DNA from: Octopus vulgaris
Taxonomy: Eukaryota
Assembly (NCBI GenBank): GCA_951406725.2
Contig: OX597817.1
Location: 170,252,001 to 170,316,000 of the forward strand
Reading direction: 5' to 3'
DNA length: 64,000 nt
The stretch's first letter is position 1. Every line of letters begins with the position of its first letter. Positions 1 through 9,999 of this stretch are shown here, one piece after another. The notes below the pieces were generated by a model. That model saw only the letters and a list, made by a program, of their open reading frames with translations, searched no databases and had not been told where the DNA came from. The translations under genes and the position numbers were made by a program.

Positions 1-893
1 AACATTCTGGTGATGCTTACTTAATTTTGGCATACAGGGAAAACAAATAGGAGAATTAAGTGTTATTCTCAGATTTCTAAAATTATCTTTTCACACTTTC
101 ACATCAGCAATTTACATACCATAAAATTTTAGAATTTCAAGGCTCAGAATTAAAAAGAAATTTGATAAGAAGTTCTAAGGCTTAGCAAAAAAGAATTCTT
201 ATTGTTCTTTCCATTGTTCATCCCAAACAAAATTTATGCGCTGTGGCCGAATCTGACTCAGCCACTGGCAGCTCGGCCACCAACCGTGACCGTGATGTGG
301 GATGACATCAGCAGCTGGGGAGCTGACCAGAACTTGGGGCTGACCGGAAGAGGAAGGGTGCAGGAGTGGCGCACATGCAGGCAGGAGAGCAGTGGGCCTT
401 TTTGATTGGGGTAGCCAACAGGGCTGGACGTGTGAGCACTTCGACAAGGTAAGGGAAAAGCAGCTGCTATTCTTAGCATTCGGGTCGGGCCATGTGGAAG
501 GATGTTTTATCGCCAGTGAGGTCTGCATCGACGAAGAGAAGGTAGGTGTCTTTACTTCAAATCTCCCGCATATACCACAGTAAGTAACCTAAATCTGAAA
601 CTCAAACTTTTAAGAATGCCTGCAATCATTACATTTCTACTCTTTAGAAAGATTGGAACTCTAAGCCATTAAGTATATCATATATCAAACATTCTGGTGA
701 TGTTTACTTAATTTTGGCATACAGGGAAAACAAATAGGAGAATTAAGTGTTATTCTCAGATTTCAAAAATTATCTTTTCACACTTTCACATCAGCAATTT
801 ACATACCATAAAATTTTAGAATTTCAAGGCTCAGAATTAAAAAGAAATTTGATAAGCAGTTCTAAGGCTTAGAAAAAAAGCCTTCTTATTGTT

Positions 894-1074
894 TGTGAGC
901 CATTTAAGAAACACACAAAAGCCGTTCGATTCACTTCAACATTTAAGTTTAATTTTTCAAAATATTTTCGTCGCTAAAATCCGTGACCTGTTCACTGACA
1001 AAAATCCGTGCTGCATCTCATTCCAGCACACGATCTCAGATCAAATCACTTGCTATGTGAGTACATCTCCATAA
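894..1074 (-). mobile_element. 181-bp retroposon-like insertion carrying the hammerhead motif; 12-bp TSD cttcttattgtt
   Basis: TSD at 882-893 and 1075-1086; the empty site is present in the paralogous block at 196-228. Confidence 0.8.
953..1003 (-). ncRNA. Type-I hammerhead-ribozyme-like motif with G3-C8 swapped core
   Basis: Minus strand: TTTTGTCA-GTGAACA-G-GTCAC(GGATTTTA)GCGAC-GAAA-ATATT-T-TGAAAAA. Stems I, II and palindromic III all form around a GUGAACA/GAAA core. Confidence 0.6.
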
Positions 1075-1604
1075 CTTCTTATTGTTCTTTGCATTGTTCA
1101 TCCCAAACCAACTTTTTAAACGAGGGCAGAATGGCTACCACTGATCCCACAATTAACCATTACTAAACATAGCAGATCAGACTCCAATACATAACAGAGA
1201 TAAGTGGCATAGCTAATAGCAGAGCAAGGGAAGAGTCTGCTCCCACCAAACACATTTTTCAAAATTGGTGCCTTTACAAGATTAAAAAAATTATTTAGTT
1301 CACTTGTGCAATAAAAATCAAATCTCTTTTATTTAGTTAAAAGTGCAGGAGTGACTGTGTGGTAAGCAACTTGCTTACCAACCACATGGTTCCGGGTTCA
1401 GTCCCACGGTGTGGTACCTTGGGCAAGTGTCTTCTATTATAGCCTCGGACCGACCAAAGCCTTGTGAGTGGATTTGGTAGACGGAAACTGAAAGAAGCCT
1501 GTCATATATATATGTATATATTTATATTTATTTTTATTTTATCTAGTTTCAGCTCACGAGCTGTGGCCATGCTAGGGCACCATATATATATATGTATGTA
1601 TGTA

Positions 1605-1708
<104 letters not shown>

Positions 1709-2009
1709 TGTCTGTCTGCTCACTCCTCCTAACTTTAGAACCTGGTGACACCTCCGAACAGAAACTACACAAAAACAAAACTGTAGATAGTACTCTGGCA
1801 TGATGTTATCACTTCATCCGTGTCATTGTCACCACTATCACCAACGCCATTGTTTTATGGTTTTAATAGTTACTTTCCCATGGGTCAGACAGATTTCACT
1901 GAGGCAGATTTTCTCCAAGCGGGTGCCCGTCCTGTCGCTAAACTTCCACCTGTTTCCAAGCAAGATAATATTTTCTCATGGGTGGACATCTCTGCATGAA
2001 AGAATGGGA

Positions 2010-2426
2010 GGATCTTTTCGGTTTGCCGGGTAGTTTTTGAAAATAATTTCCACGTAACTAAACACTTTTAAACTTGGTATACTGGTAGAATGTGTTTATA
2101 AAACATCTTTTTCTCTTGGCTTTATTGAAGAAATTCTATAGTTTGTGAGATATTTGTTGTTGTTTTTCTTCAATTTCTGCAATTTCAACCAATCAATGAC
2201 GTCTATTGAGGTGAAAACATTCTGTACCGTATGAATATGTCCCTCGTTTAAGAAACAGATTGGGTTTATTTACATTTGTGAAGAAAAAAATATACCCTTC
2301 TCCCCACCCCTAACCCTAACCCTAAAACAGATTGAAATGCAATAGATTGATACTAGGGTCATAATTATTGGTGACAATTTCATATGACACCGCTAGAAAA
2401 AACTGCCGTTCAAACCGAAAAGATCC
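2010..2426. mobile_element. MITE with GG-initiated TIRs and 8-bp TSD (Merlin-like, tentative superfamily)
   Basis: TIR ggatcttttcggtttg...caaaccgaaaagatcc; TSD gaatggga at 2002-2009 and 2427-2434; internal (CCCTAA)3 at 2308-2325. Confidence 0.8.
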
Positions 2427-2765
2427 GAATGGGAATAAAGCACACAGCGCGCATGTTGGTGACATTTGATGATTAGGTTATATCACTATTATACAATGTC
2501 GAGATAAGGGGACAATGCACCCATTGACACACCCACACAATGTGCTTCTTTCAGTTTCTGTCTACCAAACCTGCTCACAAAGCGATGATTAGCCTGGAGA
2601 TGTGATTGGTAAACAAATTCTTAACTACACAATTATGCTTGAGCCTATGATGGCAAAAACAAACTTGTGTAGTTATCTGTCACTTGTTATAACACTACCA
2701 CTTTGGTGCCTTTAAGAAAGTCTCCGCTGCTACAAGCATTCAGGGTAAATTTCTATTATCTCTCA

Positions 2766-3166
2766 CTAGCAGTATCGCCCGGCGTTGCTCGGGTTTGTAA
2801 GGGAAATAACTATAAAGCATTTTTAGAGAGTTATAGCCAAAAAATAGCCAAAAAATGCATTAAAAATGGAAAAAAAATTATGGTAAATTTTTTTAAAAAT
2901 CGTTGAATCATCGTAGACATTTTTAGAGAGTTACTTCCCTTATATTAAGCCGAGTAAAAAAATGCATTAAAATGGAAAAAAATGATGGTAAATTATTTTT
3001 AAAATCGTAGACTCATCATAGACGCGCGCTAATACCCAGAAGGGCTCGATATGAATCACGACTATAAGATACCCGCTTTTGGTTAAACTGCACCGCAAAA
3101 TGTGGGAGTAGTTAGAAATCTAAATCGTAGGAGACAGACACACAACTTCTCTTTTATATATAAAGA
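2766..3166 (-). mobile_element. Non-autonomous Helitron
   Basis: 5' TC (TCTTTATATATAA), 3' GC-rich hairpin CCCG...CGGG then CTAG, inserted between A and T, no TSD; second copy at 17839-18223. Confidence 0.85.
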
Positions 3167-3982
3167 TTATCTTTCCTGATGAAACGATAAAAAAGAAAAA
3201 TTAAGAAATGAGGACCCTAGTTGTCACAGTTATCTCCCCCATAATTAATAAAACATCAACTATGGGCTTCAAATGTTAGCACAATGCCAGCAATTTCAGG
3301 AGGGTGTGTGTGGATAAATCGATTACATCGATTCCAGGGGCACTTATTTTATCGATCTCAAAGAAAGAGAGAACGTTTGGTTACGGAGACGAAAACAAAC
3401 CAGCACTGATTGTCAAGCTGTGATGCGAGAAAATACAACACACGTTCACTTGTATATAAATACATACATGTATAAGAAGGGCTTCTTTCACTTCCCGTCG
3501 ACCAAATCCACTCATAAAGCTTTGGTCGGTCCGGGGCTATAGCAGAAGACACTTACCCGAGGTGCCGGACAGTGGAATTGAACCTAAGTCTTTGGGTTTC
3601 AAATTTTGGTGCAAGGCCAGCAATTTCAGGAGGGTGTGTGTGGATAAATCGATTACATCGATTCCAGGGGTACTTATTTTATCGATCTCGAAGAAATGAC
3701 ATGCAAAGTCGACGCCAGTTGAATTTGAACTCAGAACATAAAGACGGACGAAACGTCACTAAACATTTTGCCCTGCGTACTAACCATTCTGCCAGCTTGC
3801 CGCCTTAAAGACATCAGCTTCCTTGAGGTATTGGGCTGCAGTCTCAGTCCTTGTTTTGTTCTAAATCTGGTCATTAGTATATTGGTTCCTTTTGCCTGAC
3901 CGCTAAGTTACGAGGACGTAAAGAAACCAGCACATGCTGTGAAACTGTTGTCAATTTGTTGACGAGCTGTGGACTAACAGTA

Positions 3983-4007
3983 ACACACACACACACACAC
4001 TCACACA

Positions 4008-4073
<66 letters not shown>
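3983..4073. repeat. (CA)n microsatellite
   Basis: Long, slightly interrupted dinucleotide run. Confidence 0.95.
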
Positions 4074-4074
<1 letters not shown>

Positions 4075-5379
4075 CTTTTATCTTTCATTTGTTTCAGTCA
4101 TCTGACTGCGGCCATGCGGGAGCACCGTCTTGAAGGGTTTTAGTCGAACTAATCGACCCTAGGACTAATTTTTAAAAAACTTAGTACTTACTCTATTGGT
4201 TTCTTTTGCCGAACTGCTAAGATATGGGGACGTAAACACACCAATACTGGTTGTCAAGCGGTGGTGGGGAACAGACACAAAGAGACACACACACACACAC
4301 GGGCTTCTTTCAGTTTCCGCCTCAACGGGCCTTGGTCGTATCCGGATTTATTATAGAAAACAACCTGCCCAAGATGCCAAGCAGTGGGACTGAACCCGGA
4401 ACGATGTGGTTGGGAAGCAGACTTCTTACCGTAGTCCACAATGTACTAGACCCATTCTTATTAAACCTCATTACTTTATGAGAGACAAATATTTTAAACA
4501 ACTCTATGAGTAATATTAGTCATTATAACGGTAAATGCAAATGTATGAACTGTAAACGTATAATAGAAGTACACCTTTCCGAAAATCACACTTCAAACTA
4601 GTGCAAGAAAAATCAATAATCACTACTCAACAGATGTCACCAAATCATACGTGTAACTGGAAGAATAGACACGATGTCCTCCCCACCACTTTTATTTTCA
4701 TCTCTTAAATACTCGAAGCTGCTTTCATTTTAATTATGTTCATCTTTGACTATTTATATTAATTTTGTTTGCCCTTTAGGTTTAATCTTTTATCTTTTAC
4801 TTCTTGCAGTCGTTGGCCTGCGGCAATGCTGGGGCACTACCTTGAAGGGTTAGTCGAACAAATCGACGGGGAACCTAATTTAATTTTGTGGAGCTTTAGG
4901 TGTTTTCGCTCAATAAACACTCACAATGCCTGGTCTGGGAATCGAAACCACGATCCTACGACCGCGAGTCCGCTGCCCTAACCACTGGGCCATTGCGCCT
5001 CCACTGCCAAACAGATAAGATCCATTTTGACTATAGGCTAAGCTTTTTTCATATTTTTAAACAGAATGTTCTGGAAAACAGCTTACTTTAAAACACCAAA
5101 CAAAAAAACCAACAATAACTCTTTATTGTTTAACTTTAACTCCAAACTATAAAGTTTCAGAATGTTACAGTTGGCTGCATCCTGTCAATCACCACTACCT
5201 AACTTCATCTACCTCAAAGCATAGCATTTTTTTTTATTTTTCCTACTTGTTAATCAAATAAAACATTTATCCTTCTACCTTTGTATAAAGGAGTGTGGTA
5301 TTGGGCAAGGCCCATAACTCTGCATTTTTGCCAGGAAAAAATAAAATTAAAAATGCATCTTCACTTTTTTCCATTTCTA

Positions 5380-5735
5380 GGTGGCGCGCTGGCAGAAACG
5401 TTAGCACACCGGGTGAAATGCTTAGCCGTATTTCGTCTGCCGCTACGTTCTGAGTTCAAATTCCGCCGAGGTCGACTTTGCCTTTCATCCTTTCGGGGTC
5501 GATAAATTAAGTACCAGTTATGCACTGGGGTCGAGGTAATCGACTTAATTCGGTTGTCTGTCCCCTCTATGTTTAGCCCCTTGTGGGCAGTAAAGAAATA
5601 GGTGTTTCGTCTGCCGTTACATTCTGAATTCAAATTCCGCCAAGGTCGGCTTTGCTTTCATCCTTTCGGGGTCCATTAAATAAGTACCAGTTATGCACTG
5701 GCGTCGATGTAATCGACTTAATCCCCTCTCCAAGC
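5380..5735 (+). mobile_element. tRNA-derived SINE with a Meta-domain-like central box (partly tandem-duplicated)
   Basis: A/B-box-like head (TGGCAGAAACG...GAGTTCAAATTCC) then gtcgactttgcctttcatcctttcggggtcgataaa. Related copies near 3.6-3.8, 12.7-12.9, 13.2-13.4, 16.4-16.6, 30.5-30.7, 31.6-31.8, 41.5-41.7, 42.3-42.5, 43.9-44.1, 60.2-60.4 and 62.6-62.8 kb. Confidence 0.8.
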
Positions 5736-5999
5736 TGCCCTTGTGGAAAAAATTTGGAAACTTGAAATCATTATTTGCAACAGAAAGTTTATTTGGTGGT
5801 CAAGAAGAAAAAAAAAACAAACAACAATACTGGAATTCGTCTCCTCAGCCGTTTACTTAAAGGTTGCCCAAAGTGCTAGAAATGGTAGCCCAAACCACCT
5901 CAATACCAAACGGAAAAAACCCATATTAGATAATATAGTCCTAGGTATATCCCATGACACACGGAATATCATTAATCATGAATATAATATAATATATAA

Positions 6000-6520
6000 T
6001 AATAATGAAATTATTGTATACAGTGCTCAGGTGGACCACAACTTGTCAGAAAGTGCATATAAAGTACATGCAGTAATGTAGAAATGTCTGGAAAGCGAAC
6101 AATGTATAAGTCAGATACATGCTCGTGTGTGTATGGAGGGGAGAAAATCAAGTGTAGTGTTGGCGAATCTCAGGAAGCATGGAAGTTTTGAAGGATGCAG
6201 TGCTCCGACAACTAACAACCGATGCCGGCAGTTTGTTCCATGCTTCAGCAACTCTCAGCGTGAAAAAATGTTTCCTGAAGTCATGGGAGCTGTGCTGTTT
6301 TCTGACTTTGTAAATATGTACACGGGTGTTAGATGGGTGGTGTTTGAAGAGGTGCTGAGAGTTATTGTTTGTGCGATGGTTGATAATTTTATGGGTGTCT
6401 GTATGCTTTATCAGAGCTGACCTGGGAATAAAGATCAACTCTAGGTTATGCCACATGTTGCCATATACTGTGTTTGTTATGCTAATATTTAGATAGAGAT
6501 CAATTGACTTAGTATATTTC
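6000..6520 (-). mobile_element. CR1/L2-type LINE 3' fragment
   Basis: ORF 6148..6456 has the C-terminal motif NTR.H.YK...RKHFFTLRVAEAWNKLP..VV....ASFK and an (ATT)n-like tail; sister copy at 23040-23490. Confidence 0.8.
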
Positions 6521-6673
6521 TCATCCAGTTAGAAATACTAACAAGCCCCCCTGTATTGATTGCCACATGTTCAAGTGCCACATGTTCTTTGACCCCCTTC
6601 ATTCTATATCATTCTGTTCAGGGATCTCTAAACTAGCAACCTTTCAAACAGATCACACAGGTTGTATGAATTT

Positions 6674-7190
6674 GGTGGTAGTAGTAGTAGTAGTAGTGGT
6701 AGTAGTGGTGGTGGTGGTAGTGGTGGTAGTAGTAGTGGTGGTAGCGGTAGTAGTAGTGGTGGTAGTAGTGGTAGTAGTAGTAGTGGTAGTAGTGGTGGTG
6801 GTAGTGGTAGTGGTGGTGGTGGTGGTGGTAGTAGTAGTGGTAGTGGTAGTGGTAGTGGTGGTGGTAGTGGTAGCAGTAGTGGTGGTAGAAGTAGTGGTGG
6901 TGGTGGTAGTGGTAGTGGTGGTAGTAGTGTGGTGGTGGTAGCGGTAGTGGTGGTGGTGGTAGTAGTGGTGGTGGTGGTAGCGGTAGTGGTGGTGGTGGTG
7001 GTAGTAGTAGTGGTGGTAGTAGTGGTGGTGGTAGTAGTGGTGGTGGTGGTGGTGGTGGTAATGGTAGTGGTGGTGGTAATGGTAGTAGTAGTGGTGGTGG
7101 TAGTAATGGTGGTGGTGGTGGTGGTGGTAATGGTAGTGGTGGTGGTGGTGGTAATGATAGTAGTGGTGGTGGTGGTGGTGGTGGTGGTAG
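6674..7190. repeat. Compound (GTA/GTG)n trinucleotide tract
   Basis: About 520 bp of mixed GTA/GTG/ATG triplets; source of the poly-V, poly-T/H and poly-G/S ORFs. Confidence 0.97.
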
Positions 7191-7443
7191 TATGTCAAAG
7201 TTTCAGACAAAATGTCTTGAGGTATTCATTTATCTTTCCCTTGTTTCACTCATTCGAACATGGCCATGCTGGAGCGCCTTGAAGGGTTTATTTGCACAAA
7301 TCACTGCCCCCCCCCCATCCCTGGTGCTTATTCTAATGATTCTTTTTTTACTGAGTTGCTAAGCTATGGGAGTGTAAACAAACTAACAAGGGTGGGAGAC
7401 AACTAAGTACAAACACACACATAGAGACAGATACATACATACA

Positions 7444-7608
7444 GGCGTAGGAGTGGCTGTGTGGTAAGTAGCTTGCTAACCAACCACATGGTTCTGGGTT
7501 CAGTCCCACTGCGTGGCATCTTGGGCCAGTGTCTTCTACTATAGCCTCGGGCCGACCAAAGCCTTGTGAGTGGATTTGGTAGACGGAAACTGAAAGAAGT
7601 CCGTCGTA

Positions 7609-7646
<38 letters not shown>

Positions 7647-7863
7647 TGTGTGTTTGTGTGTCTGTGTTTGTTCCCCTAGCATTGCTTGACGACCGATGCT
7701 GGTGTGTTTATGTCCCCGTTACTTAGCAGTTCGGCAAAAGAGACCGATAGAATAAGTACTGGACTTCCAAAGAATAAGTCCCGGGGTTGATTTGCTCGAC
7801 TAAAGGCGGTGCTCCAGCATGGCCACAGTCAAATGACTGAAACAACTAAAAGAGTAAAAGAGT
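7444..7863 (+). mobile_element. tRNA-derived SINE with CORE-like box, internal (TA)n(TG)n and (GTAAAAGA)n tail; full length
   Basis: A box TGGCTGTGTGG, B box GGTTCAGTCCC, then a cttggg.cagtg CORE-like motif; many near-identical copies in the window. Confidence 0.88.
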
Positions 7864-8157
7864 ATACACACACTCACACGCACACACATTGGGTTGTTGG
7901 ATAAATTCATTTGTTTCCACTTTTTTCCTATTGTAATCCTTTCCAATGTTTATTTGAATTTACATGGAAAATATTTCATTGGAATGTTTTAATTTCTTGT
8001 AGTTCTGTTCTTCCTCCTGCAATTTTTGTTCATAGTGTTTGAAATTTTGATTTATTTTGCCTCGTTTCAGACATTTAACGATGGAATGCCTTGTAGGAAA
8101 AAAAAATGAACAAATTTATCTAACAACCCTAATATATGTGTGTGTGTGTATATATAT

Positions 8158-8364
8158 ATACAAAATGAGAAAATGGAGAAATATATCTAAATCAATCATC
8201 AACTATCAGATAATACCGAATCAATACTTCATTAAACCACTACACAATAGCAACAATATTATACATTAATATAGTACAAATATAACAAGACATAGAAATA
8301 CATTTACATTGTAGCTGACAGCTGTTTCGGCCATGAAGACAGGTATGTCTCATTTAACCTATTA

Positions 8365-8369
<5 letters not shown>
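8158..8369 (-). mobile_element. (TA)n-flanked Penelope-like fragment with the 3' half of a hammerhead
   Basis: About 140 bp shared with 45516-45659. The minus strand reads GGCTA...TGGCC-GAAACAGCTGTC (palindromic stem III, GUC site); the CUGANGA half is replaced by (TA)n. Confidence 0.5.
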
Positions 8370-8403
<34 letters not shown>

Positions 8404-8723
8404 CAAGTAAGTTAGGGGTTGTGTTAGGGGTTGTGGATCCAACCCACTAAGTGATAATGTATATATATATATATATAAATAAATAATATATATATATATA
8501 TGCATATATACATACGCATATGTACATACTTACATCTATAAGTATATAGATATGCATATGTGCATATATATTCTACCAAGTATGTTTTATTTATTATTTT
8601 GCACATTACTTAATCATTGGAATATTATTGTTATTTTATATTCAATATTTCTATTATATGTAATTTTCTAGATGGTGTAATTTAATTGTTCATTTTGAAT
8701 TGATAAAAGGTGTTTTTTTTCTA

Positions 8724-8764
<41 letters not shown>

Positions 8765-8795
8765 TATGCAATAGAGAGCAGTTGCCTTATTTCAT

Positions 8796-8903
8796 TCCAT
8801 ATTAGCTCTCTCTGATGAGTGCAGGGTTACATAATTGGATTGCTATTTAACACTCCGTTGAATTCCTAGCATGAAACCAATTGGTAAGATTGGACATAAT
8901 GGA
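8796..8903 (+). ncRNA. Type-I hammerhead-like motif, canonical CUGAUGA core, long stem II
   Basis: TCT-CTGATGA-GTGC.AGGG...CCT.A.GCAT-GAA-ACCAATTGGT-A-AGA; 10-bp palindromic stem III; GUA site at 8886; outer pair tccat/atgga. Confidence 0.6.
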
Positions 8904-8984
8904 TATATAATACTATACACGTTAGATAATATATATATATATATAGAACAATTCCACCAAAAATGCATTCATTGTATTTTAAAC

Positions 8985-9720
8985 ATTAAATGAAGTTCTT
9001 TTGCTCCAAACACAGATGTCTTTGTGTCTGCAGGCATCACCTCAATTAAAGCAATGATTATGAAAAACCAAATGAGATGGTGTGGTCATATTGTTTGAAT
9101 GGCAGATGAATGCACATCCAAACAGCTGTTTTATGGGGAGCTTGCAGAAGAGAAACGCTATCAGTGTAAACCTAAAATAAGGTTTAAGGACGGTATATGG
9201 ACTACCATGAAGTCACTTGGAATGGATCCCGAGGACATAGAAACCCTTGCTTTGGACTGAGTTGGATGGCAAACAAATGTGTGGAGTGGAGTGAAAACAT
9301 TTGAAGAGGCCAGGATAGCAAATGCAAGACTCAAGAGAGATTTAAAGAAGAATGTTACAATTTAGAAGGTGAATCACAATGACCTTTTTGTGTGTATAGT
9401 TTGTGACAGACCAAGCCTTTCTTTTTTGCTGGGCTTAAATCTCATTTGCGAACCCATGGAAAATGAACCTCCACCAACTATTCTGCCTATATGTCTGTGC
9501 ACACCTTTCAACGCAATGTATGTCAGAAGGCCTGCAAATTTAACGGCGGCTTCAAAAGACATTTTAAGATCCACAAAGATCAGAACATAACTGCAGCTCT
9601 TGGTAGTCCAAATCAGATGTGCAATCTATGTGGGTGTCTTTTCAGAAGATTGTCTGGTTTTAAAATGTCACATCAGATGTGTAGGTACAGCAGCTGGTCA
9701 ACTACCATATATGATGGAGA
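8985..9720 (+). mobile_element. RTE-clade LINE 3' fragment with degenerate C-terminal C2H2 zinc fingers
   Basis: Degenerate MRWCGHIV..M......KQLFYGEL...KR....PK.RFKD motif, then CNVCQKACKFNGGFKRHFKIH and CNLCG-type fingers; stops and frameshifts. Confidence 0.75.
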
Positions 9721-9999
9721 ACAATACAGGGGAGAGAATGTAGAGAGGAGGTGATTGGTGAAGACAGTAGGTAGGGGAAAATAATGACAAATAGAAGTGG
9801 TGAAGGATATAACTGAGAAAGCAGGGGGATTGTAGTATGTGCCTATTCTGCTCCCAGGTGGTAGAGAAGTGATAGGTGTTAGAGAATAAGAAGTTTAGGG
9901 GAAATGGTTGACAGAGACAGAGAGGATGCAGGTGGGTATGCGGAAGAGCCCCTCACAGATAAGCATTTACCAAGGTGGTTTAGGATATCAATTCTGCTG

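Larger units (their letters stand above)
1..1108 (+). repeat. Local direct duplication (1-228 vs 688-1108, the second copy interrupted by the 894-1074 insertion)
   Basis: About 225 bp of near-identical AT-rich sequence at a 687-bp offset; the first copy probably extends beyond the window start. Confidence 0.9.

Noticed and set aside
6567-7282. Poly-Val, poly-His/Thr and Gly/Ser-rich ORFs
   Set aside because: Translations of a (GTA/GTG)n tract; no splice or domain support.
7444-7520. tRNA genes at SINE heads (also 11700-11770, 13524-13595, 15129-15205, 32915-32950)
   Set aside because: A and B boxes are present but there is no complete cloverleaf, and most continue into SINE bodies with tails or TSDs.
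9491-9754. Host C2H2 zinc-finger gene
   Set aside because: The fingers directly follow a degenerate RTE ORF C-terminus and are frameshifted; they are part of the LINE.
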